Source: a virus (Duplodnaviria; Caudoviricetes). Taken from it: DNA of 64,000 bases. Shown piece by piece: positions 57,416 through 64,000 of this stretch. Under the pieces are notes generated by a model, which worked only from the letters and a program-made list of their open reading frames with translations, had not been told where the DNA came from and did no database searches. The position numbers and the translations under genes are program-made. The stretch is taken from the IMG/VR virus record IMGVR_UViG_3300010429_002123; one strand, written 5' to 3'. Position 1 is the first letter of the stretch, and each line of letters opens with the position of its first letter.

Positions 57416-58570
57416 ATGGTTCACACGTTTGAAAGCTTATCAGAAAAGATAAAAGAATGCGAGGCTTGCCCTCTGCATGAGCACACAGGAAACAAGGTTA
57501 CGTTTGAGGGTCACAAGCAAGCAAAAATACTTATAGTCGGAGAAGCCCCAGCGAAAACCGAGGTGGCCGAAGGAAGACCCTTCGTGGGAGAGTCCGGGAA
57601 GTTTCTTGAAGAGTGTCTCGGAAAAGCGGGGATACAAAGGTCTCAGTGCTTTGTAACAAATACAGTGAAGTGCTGGCCTGTCAGTCCTGACACTAATACC
57701 ACTTTTACTCCCACAGACGAAACCGTTGCAACCTGTGCCTACAACTTCCTTGAGGAAGAAATATACCTGGTTGACCCTGTAATTATTCTGGCTCTGGGAA
57801 ACACAGCCTTTCACTTCTTCTTTCCGGGAAAGGGTGGTATAGTCGCCGAAGTAGATTCAGGTCAGATTTTAATTACCGATATAAAGGACAGAAACTATCC
57901 AGTCATTCCCCTCTACCACCCCAGATATGTGAGAGAAAAACAGTCTACCGAGTTAATGGCAAAGTTCCTCGGCGGTCTCAGGAGAGCTGTCGCTTACGTA
58001 GAAAATGTTGATGCCAATGGAAGAGAAGCCTGTCTTGAGGAATTGGAAGAGTTAAAAGCTAAAAAACCTGAGGTGACAGCCCAGACGCTCTCCGCCGAAG
58101 CAAACACACAGGCATTAAAAGAAAGTCTAAGTTTTGTGGCAGGTAAAAAGTTCCCGCTCCCTTTCCTCGAGGTCGGAGAAACTATGAAAGAAGTTGAGTT
58201 CCCAAAGGACATTGCAGGTTACCCTGACGCTGAACTAATAAATCTTATGGGAACTTACACGCAGATAATAAATTATGTGTCTTTCGAATGTTCAAAACTC
58301 TCTGTGGAGAAAACAGCCAAGCAAAATAAATATGGGTGGAAAAAAGCGTGTAAGCACCAGCTAGTAAGAAACGCTACCCCCAAACCTTCTATAGATGATG
58401 TTAAAATGCAACTCGACAGCGATAACGAACTCGCTGGAATGAAAAGAGACTTTGAGTTTTCCCAGGCAAAATATACTCTGACAGAAGGCTTGCTTCAGTC
58501 CTACTCCCGATATTACCAGGTGTTAAGCAGGGAACTTTCCAGACGAGGATATGAAAATGGGCGTATGTAA
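57416..58570 (+). CDS. family 4 uracil-DNA glycosylase fused to a C-terminal helical domain
   Basis: CEACPL, IVGEAP..E...GRPFVGESG, TNTVKC.P, LALGNTA, LYHP. Confidence 0.9.
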   Translation: MVHTFESLSEKIKECEACPLHEHTGNKVTFEGHKQAKILIVGEAPAKTEVAEGRPFVGESGKFLEECLGKAGIQRSQCFVTNTVKCWPVSPDTNTTFTPTDETVATCAYNFLEEEIYLVDPVIILALGNTAFHFFFPGKGGIVAEVDSGQILITDIKDRNYPVIPLYHPRYVREKQSTELMAKFLGGLRRAVAYVENVDANGREACLEELEELKAKKPEVTAQTLSAEANTQALKESLSFVAGKKFPLPFLEVGETMKEVEFPKDIAGYPDAELINLMGTYTQIINYVSFECSKLSVEKTAKQNKYGWKKACKHQLVRNATPKPSIDDVKMQLDSDNELAGMKRDFEFSQAKYTLTEGLLQSYSRYYQVLSRELSRRGYENGRM

Positions 58571-58661
58571 AGTCCGGCACTTCGAATGATTTAGTATTGA
58601 AAGCCACTTCAGAATGTGGTATACTAAAAAATAGACTTTTTGTCTGGAAAGTGAGTTAGAA

Positions 58662-59336
58662 ATGGCTATATTTCACAAAATTGTAGGCAAGGGCTCAAAC
58701 AGAAAAGCCCTTGATGTTTACGCTACTCCTCCAGAAGCTATAATAGGTCTTCTGGAGAAAGAAGTTTTCGAGGGAAACATCCTTGACCCTGCCGTGGGTG
58801 AAGGGAACATTCTTATAACTTTAAAATGGTGGTTTGAGAAAAACAAAGGGTATACCCCCCTTTGCTACGGTTATGACCTGAGAGAAGATGACTCTATCTA
58901 TGGAAAAAAAGGTGTAGACTTCTTATCCTCAGACTCAAAATACCCACAGATTATGAACATAATAGCAAACCCTCCGTTCTGCGTGGCAACAGAGTTTATC
59001 TTGAAAGCAAAAAGTTTGGCTACCCACAAAGTTGCTATTCTTTTAAAGCTCGACGCTATGACCGGAGGAGACCGTTACGACCGTGTCTGGTCAGATACTG
59101 CTTTCCCTTTAAAAAAGGTAATCTGTTTTTCTAAAAGACTGGACTTCGAAAAAAAGGGAGCTCCTACAATGGAGCATATGTGGCTCATCTTTGACAAGAG
59201 TCACAGGGGGGAACCGACAGTCACGTGGTTTGATAACAGAGTTGTAGATACTGAGGGTATTCCTCTGGTAGAAAGAGTCATAAAAAACACCGAAATACCT
59301 TCTGATAAAGAGGTGGACGTCCCGGATGGTCAGTGA
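58662..59336 (+). CDS. DNA amino-methyltransferase
   Basis: DVYATP, ILDPAVGEG, IIANPPF. Confidence 0.85.
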   Translation: MAIFHKIVGKGSNRKALDVYATPPEAIIGLLEKEVFEGNILDPAVGEGNILITLKWWFEKNKGYTPLCYGYDLREDDSIYGKKGVDFLSSDSKYPQIMNIIANPPFCVATEFILKAKSLATHKVAILLKLDAMTGGDRYDRVWSDTAFPLKKVICFSKRLDFEKKGAPTMEHMWLIFDKSHRGEPTVTWFDNRVVDTEGIPLVERVIKNTEIPSDKEVDVPDGQ

Positions 59337-59940
59337 AAACAAATTTAGCATAGTCCTTGCTGACCCTCCGTGGCTGTATAATGACACGAAGGGTAATTTA
59401 CCTTCTTGCGGGGGAAAGACTTATCCGGTGATGACTCTTGAGGACATTCAAAAAATTCCCGTAGCAGAACTTTGCGATAAAAAAAGTTGTGCTTTGTTTC
59501 TGTGGGCAACTTCCCCGAAACTCCCCGAAGCCCTCAGTGTTATGAGTGCATGGGGATTTAAGTTTGTTACCACGGTGTTTGTATGGGTGAAGACTAACCC
59601 GACAAATCCGAAAATTTATTCTGGCCTGGGTCACTATACTAACCAGAACGCCGAGTTTGTTCTCCTCGGAAAAAAAGGCCGACTCTTTCGCAAAGAAAGA
59701 AACGTAAAACAAATAGTTATAGCACCCAGAGGGAAACACTCAGCAAAACCTCCCGAAGTAAAAGAAAGAATAGTAAGACTTCTGGGAGACATTCCTCGCA
59801 TAGAGCTTTTTGCCCGCGAAAAGATAAAAGACGGGTGGTCTTACTGGGGAAATGAAGTCCCTTGCGACATACCAGAAAACTGGGTGGACTGGAAATCCTT
59901 TACTATAGAGGAAAGAGAAGGTGCTACTGTTGGCTACTAA
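59326..59940 (+). CDS. MT-A70 family adenine methyltransferase
   Basis: LADPPW.Y, LFLWAT, WGFKF, N.EFVLLG, HSAKP, IELFAR, WGNE. Confidence 0.92.
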   Translation: MVSENKFSIVLADPPWLYNDTKGNLPSCGGKTYPVMTLEDIQKIPVAELCDKKSCALFLWATSPKLPEALSVMSAWGFKFVTTVFVWVKTNPTNPKIYSGLGHYTNQNAEFVLLGKKGRLFRKERNVKQIVIAPRGKHSAKPPEVKERIVRLLGDIPRIELFAREKIKDGWSYWGNEVPCDIPENWVDWKSFTIEEREGATVGY

Positions 59941-60409
59941 TTACCAGCGGGGAAGAACCCGCGAATATTATGTAATGCAGAACTTAAGAAAAAAGGGTTA
60001 CCATTGTATTCGTTCTGCAAGCAGTAAGGGTTACTTTGATGTCATAGCTATAGGAGAGAAGGACATTCTTCTTATCCAAGTAAAACTCTCCAAAGACGGT
60101 AAGTTAAAAAGAGACGAAAATTATAAACTGTCCCTCACACTTAAAGTTCCAACAAATACCAAAAAACAATTATGGCTTTTTGCCCCTGGAAGTACAACCC
60201 CAGAAATTCTTGAGTTATCAGGTATTTCAACACTTCCAGAAGTTCTTGAACCTCAGAGTGATAGACCGCCTGACGTTTCGAGTAATTTAAAACGGAAGGA
60301 ACAAAAAGATGGAGGAAATACTATTCAGAGTGAACAAAAACACGGACGAGAAAAAACTGTCGGGGGCGATAGTAAAAACTCTGGAGGAAGGAAAGCGAAT
60401 AAGAATTAA
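59921..60409 (+). CDS. Hjc-like Holliday junction resolvase
   Basis: RG...E....L..KGY..IRSASSKG.FDVIA.....LIQVK. Confidence 0.8.
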   Translation: MLLLATNYQRGRTREYYVMQNLRKKGYHCIRSASSKGYFDVIAIGEKDILLIQVKLSKDGKLKRDENYKLSLTLKVPTNTKKQLWLFAPGSTTPEILELSGISTLPEVLEPQSDRPPDVSSNLKRKEQKDGGNTIQSEQKHGREKTVGGDSKNSGGRKANKN

Positions 60410-60569
60410 CAGTATAGGTTCAAAATGCAACTATATTGTGACTAAGAGTTTGATTATTGCCAGAAGTCTCCTCGCCGGAAACGCCAGGGATATAAAAATC
60501 ATTCCCGGGTTCGAGAAAAAAGAACAGGAAGACGTGCTTGTCATCGTCTATGTTGTGACTTTGCTTTAA
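60309..60569 (+). CDS. spoVS: SpoVS-family protein
   Basis: ILFRV....D...LSGAI......I.SIG......TKSLIIARSLLA....I..IPGF aligns with SpoVS. Confidence 0.7.
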   Translation: MEEILFRVNKNTDEKKLSGAIVKTLEEGKRIRINSIGSKCNYIVTKSLIIARSLLAGNARDIKIIPGFEKKEQEDVLVIVYVVTLL

Positions 60570-60629
60570 ATACTGCTGAGAGCTTGAAGGCTCAAAAACT
60601 TAAAAACCTAAAAATGGGAGGTAAGTTCC

Positions 60630-61181
60630 ATGACTGCTAAATTACTACTATTTCTACTGCTGACTCTGAGCCTGCTTTTGTTTGCTCAGAGTCATTTTAT
60701 TGTTGCTGAAGAAGTAGCTGATTCTCTTATCCCCGCTAAGTGTGTGAAGGTTCTTGACGGGGATACTGCGGAGATTTCCTTTCGAGGGTTTCCTGTAAGA
60801 ATAAGACTGGCTAACATTGACGCCCCGGAGAAAAAACAAAAGTTTGGAAAAGAGTCTCTGGCTTTCTTACAGAACCTTCTTCTCGGAAAAGAGGTATGGG
60901 TAAACCCTAATGGAAGTTCTCTTGACAAATATAATAGAACTATTTGCGAGCTCTTCATAGAAAAAGAAGGGAGCTTACTCTGTGTAAACACAGAGATGGT
61001 AAAAAAAGGCTACGCTATGGTGTACAATAAATACTGTAATAAACAGGTATTTGAAATCTTAAAAGGTCTGGAGGAAACTGCCCGGCTGGAAAAGAAAGGG
61101 CTGTGGCAGGAAACAAACCCACAAACTCCGTGGGACTTCCGGGCTGAAGAAGCCAAAAAAACCGAAAAGGAGAAAAAATAA
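60630..61181 (+). CDS. thermonuclease (SNase) with signal peptide
   Basis: VLDGDT, IRLANIDAPE, DKYNRT, EMVKKGYA, KKGLW...PWDFR; hydrophobic N-terminus. Confidence 0.92.
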   Translation: MTAKLLLFLLLTLSLLLFAQSHFIVAEEVADSLIPAKCVKVLDGDTAEISFRGFPVRIRLANIDAPEKKQKFGKESLAFLQNLLLGKEVWVNPNGSSLDKYNRTICELFIEKEGSLLCVNTEMVKKGYAMVYNKYCNKQVFEILKGLEETARLEKKGLWQETNPQTPWDFRAEEAKKTEKEKK

Positions 61182-61187
61182 GAAAGT

Positions 61188-62069
61188 ATGACTTTTAGAG
61201 TTGGAAAAATTTCTGGAATAGATGACGCAATAGTGTCCCTTCTCATGAGCAAAAGAACCCATACGGAAGCAAAAGAGAAGGGGATACGGGAGTTGGTAAG
61301 TGTCTTTACAAATAAAGATGGATTTTATTCAGAGGAATGTAAATTCTGTGGTATCACTGACTATAAAGAAAAAAAGCAAGAGTTTTTTGACTGGTTGTAT
61401 AAGTTGAGACATTACGGGTTGGAACTTGGTCATGAGACTCTCCTCAGATTCATAGACATCACAGTAATTGTGAAAGGCTTACACAGAGGTGCGGGTGATG
61501 ATTTAGACGCACACTCCTGTAGAATGAACAATAGAATAGTAAGGTCTTCAACAAGACTGTCTAAAAAGTATGCGAAAAAGGTGGAAAGAAGTGACTGGTA
61601 TGAAGGAAAAATTCTAACCTTTGAAGAAATAATAGACAAAGTGTCTGTTGGTTCAGACGTTGACCTGAGCTTTAAGGACAAAGTAACCCTTATTAACGGG
61701 GAAGAATGGGTGAAAACACCTTACGGCTACGTTAAAAAAGGGTACGAAGAAGATAATGATGTGCTTCGAGGACTCTATCCTCTGTCTGTCCCGTGGGACT
61801 GTATATTCAAGTGTAACTATGTTGACCTCCGGCACATTTACAGGGTAAGAGGTGAGCACTCTTCGGCTAACCCGGAGTTACGTTCGGGAGCAGAACAGAT
61901 GGCTGGAGATTTAAAAGAAAAACTTCCCGTGTTGGGAGAAGTCATAGACAAGGAGTTTGTTCTTACTGGTTACGCAGGAGACACCCCGGATTACGGGTGG
62001 GTAAAGGTCTCTGAAGTGAAAAAAGTGAGCCTGGACTATTTCGAAGAGCGAAAAGGCTTTTCGGCATAG
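61188..62069 (+). CDS. divergent ThyX-like flavoprotein
   Basis: GHETLLRF, HR...D.H, SSTR, LRHIYRVR...ANPE resemble ThyX motifs. Confidence 0.5.
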   Translation: MTFRVGKISGIDDAIVSLLMSKRTHTEAKEKGIRELVSVFTNKDGFYSEECKFCGITDYKEKKQEFFDWLYKLRHYGLELGHETLLRFIDITVIVKGLHRGAGDDLDAHSCRMNNRIVRSSTRLSKKYAKKVERSDWYEGKILTFEEIIDKVSVGSDVDLSFKDKVTLINGEEWVKTPYGYVKKGYEEDNDVLRGLYPLSVPWDCIFKCNYVDLRHIYRVRGEHSSANPELRSGAEQMAGDLKEKLPVLGEVIDKEFVLTGYAGDTPDYGWVKVSEVKKVSLDYFEERKGFSA

Positions 62070-62123
62070 CAAGAAGGATTTTTGTTACCGCAAAATACCA
62101 ACGCAAAAAGGGGGAGACGTTCA

Positions 62124-62390
62124 ATGAGTGCAGAAAAACTTGCGAAGGAACTGTTTGAAGCGTATGAAGAAAAAGAGCTTTTGGAGAAGAAAATAACAGG
62201 TATAAAAAACGCTCTTGCCACGGAACTGATGAAGAGTGGGGCAATTGTCTCCCAGGATTCAAAACTCTGTGGTCTCGTAAAAATAAATACGGATAAAGGA
62301 GAAAAAACTTACAAGTGTGAGGTCGAATTTGATTTTTATGAGCCTCATGGTGAAGAAGATGAGGAGGATAACTGGACGTACTTATGGTAA
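62124..62390 (+). CDS. hypothetical protein
   Basis: ATG at 62124, preceded by degenerate GGA hairpin units. Confidence 0.5.
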   Translation: MSAEKLAKELFEAYEEKELLEKKITGIKNALATELMKSGAIVSQDSKLCGLVKINTDKGEKTYKCEVEFDFYEPHGEEDEEDNWTYLW

Positions 62391-63034
62391 CTTATGATGT
62401 GATAGAAAGGATGACTAATGTTATGTTGTTTGGTCTTGAAGGAAATGTTGGCGTTGGGAAAAGCAGAGCTATAGATGTGTTACGAGAAGCCTCGAAAAAT
62501 GACCTGCAAGTCATCAGCGAGCCTCTGGAAGACATCTTACCTACATTAGAGAGGTTTTATTCGAACCCCTCTTACTACGCTTTCCCGTTTCAGGTCTCTA
62601 TGCTTTTGAGAAGAGCCAGAATTCATTTCTATGAACTCAGGCACAGCACAAAATCTTTTATAGTAGAAAGAACTATTTACACAGACAGAAATGTTTTTGC
62701 TCTTGCTGTAAAAGACAGTGGGTTCATAGACGACATTCAGTTTAAAGAATATCTCGGAATGTTTGATGAGCTTTCACACTTTGTTAAAGAGCCAGATGTT
62801 TATGTGTATCTTCGTGGAGACGTTGACTTCTTGCTTGAGAGAATCCATCGGAGAGGGAGAAAAGGTGAAGAGAAGATAACCAGAGATTACCTTTTGACCT
62901 TGCAGGACTTTTATGACCGGTGGCTTTTAGAAAACCCAAGAAGCCATTGTGTGAAGATAGATAGAGACTTGTCTAACGAAGAACTGCTTGAAGTAATTTC
63001 CAGTGCTACTGGACTTTCTTTCGGAAAAAACTGA
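62384..63034 (+). CDS. deoxynucleoside kinase
   Basis: LEGNVGVGKS, ISEP, FYSNP..YAFPFQ, ERTIYTD..VF, RIHRRGRKGE. Confidence 0.92.
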   Translation: MVTYDVIERMTNVMLFGLEGNVGVGKSRAIDVLREASKNDLQVISEPLEDILPTLERFYSNPSYYAFPFQVSMLLRRARIHFYELRHSTKSFIVERTIYTDRNVFALAVKDSGFIDDIQFKEYLGMFDELSHFVKEPDVYVYLRGDVDFLLERIHRRGRKGEEKITRDYLLTLQDFYDRWLLENPRSHCVKIDRDLSNEELLEVISSATGLSFGKN

Positions 63035-63045
63035 TAAAAAGTCTC

Positions 63046-63074
63046 TTGACACAACGGTCATTGTATGGTATGAT
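63046..63074 (+). promoter_or_regulatory. sigma70/sigmaA-type promoter
   Basis: TTGACA-17-TATGAT. Confidence 0.75.
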
Positions 63075-63162
63075 AAAAAATAGTCGAAAAACTCAGTAAA
63101 GACAAGGGCTTTTTGAGAAAGAAGCAAGGTAAACGAAAAAGGTAAGAAAGGGTAAGAACATT

Positions 63163-63969
63163 TTGGAAGAAATACTGATAGAACCCACAGAAACCCTCGG
63201 AGAGTTCATAGAACGCTGGGTAAGGGAAAGACCCACCCCCGTGGTTGGTTCCGTTAAAAATGACGTGAGTATTTATGTAGGGCAGAATAAAAAACGTCTC
63301 ATGTCTCTTCTTTCCGCCTCGGTAATAGAAAAAGATTTAGAGAGAACGTTATACCTGGGAAGTTCTTTGATTCTTGGCGGAGTGTGCAAAGAGACACTCG
63401 GGAGAAAGTTTTTGATGCTGGCCGGAAAAGCTCCCTGTTTGGACATAGACACTTTAGAAAATGTCTTTTCCTTATACCAGCAGGAAAAAACGGGGAAAAA
63501 CCTCCTGCTGATGTTAGCTTCTATCTGTCTTCGGGGAGAACACCCGCATAAGCATTACTATCATGAAGCTCTCAAGGACACTACTCATTCTGCCGTTAGT
63601 TCCACACTAATAGCAAGGTGGCTTATCGAAGGAGGCATGGAGGATTTCCCAAACTTTATGCGTTCAAGATATGAATTTCTTGTCTGGAGCGGTTCAATCC
63701 GAATGTATGCCCTTTATATAAAAGACCTTCTTTCTCAAAAAGCTCTTTCTGAGCGACTAAAAAATCTTATAGGAAAAATAAATCTTATAGCAAAAGACCT
63801 TGAGGACTGTCAAGACCCTTCTTTGGTGAATATCTTAGTGTTTCTCTCTTATTACGGAGAACACTCCGGCAATACTCTCCAGACTGTTACGGAACTATGC
63901 AGTCAAAAAATAGAGGGAGTAAAAACAAGAGTAAAACGAGACCTCTGCAATCGCCTGTTGGAGTTCTGA
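63163..63969 (+). CDS. hypothetical protein
   Basis: 268-aa ORF. Confidence 0.55.
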   Translation: MEEILIEPTETLGEFIERWVRERPTPVVGSVKNDVSIYVGQNKKRLMSLLSASVIEKDLERTLYLGSSLILGGVCKETLGRKFLMLAGKAPCLDIDTLENVFSLYQQEKTGKNLLLMLASICLRGEHPHKHYYHEALKDTTHSAVSSTLIARWLIEGGMEDFPNFMRSRYEFLVWSGSIRMYALYIKDLLSQKALSERLKNLIGKINLIAKDLEDCQDPSLVNILVFLSYYGEHSGNTLQTVTELCSQKIEGVKTRVKRDLCNRLLEF

Positions 63970-64000
63970 AGTTCCTCACACGAGACACAAAATACCAGAA

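Noticed and set aside
1-64000. tRNA/rRNA genes, cas1/cas2/cas6/cas12/tnpB, integrase, reverse transcriptase
   Set aside because: No supporting motifs recognised by eye; divergent members could have been missed

Overview
This 64 kb window looks like the early/replication region of a large tailed bacteriophage: dense, mostly + strand short ORFs, strong sigma70/sigmaA-type promoters with a shared AT-rich upstream motif, and strong Shine-Dalgarno sites. All protein calls come from motif recognition by eye, not database searches. Recognisable genes include a Rad52/Sak annealase, RecA (1 intein), a family A DNA polymerase split by 2 group I introns and 3 inteins, an SF2 helicase (2 inteins), a Ycf46-like AAA ATPase split by a group I intron, an SSB, two resolvase-like nucleases, a Cas4-like nuclease, a nucleotide-metabolism set (dut, tmk, udk, dNK, ThyX-like, UDG), three DNA methyltransferases, SpoVS, ParB-N and a Csx20-like ring nuclease. 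The main finding is four dispersed cas-less mini CRISPR arrays (30-bp repeat, approx. GTTTCTAAAGAAACATGGTTAGATGGAAAG). Each is fused directly to a conserved ~135-145 nt upstream RNA with compensatory base changes, a 3' anti-repeat pairing with the first repeat, and an invariant loop complementary to the repeat 3' end. This resembles a natural tracr/omegaRNA-scaffold plus guide cassette of the TnpB/Cas12f type, with no effector in the window. One spacer encodes 11/12 residues of this phage's own Rad52-like protein using synonymous codons, which points to targeting of related phages. Other notable signals are tandem GGA-loop hairpins merging into the RBS at eight loci (CsrA-operator-like), a plasmid-like module (HTH genes, antisense RNA, palindromic iterons), and three truncated terminase-ATPase-like paralogues.
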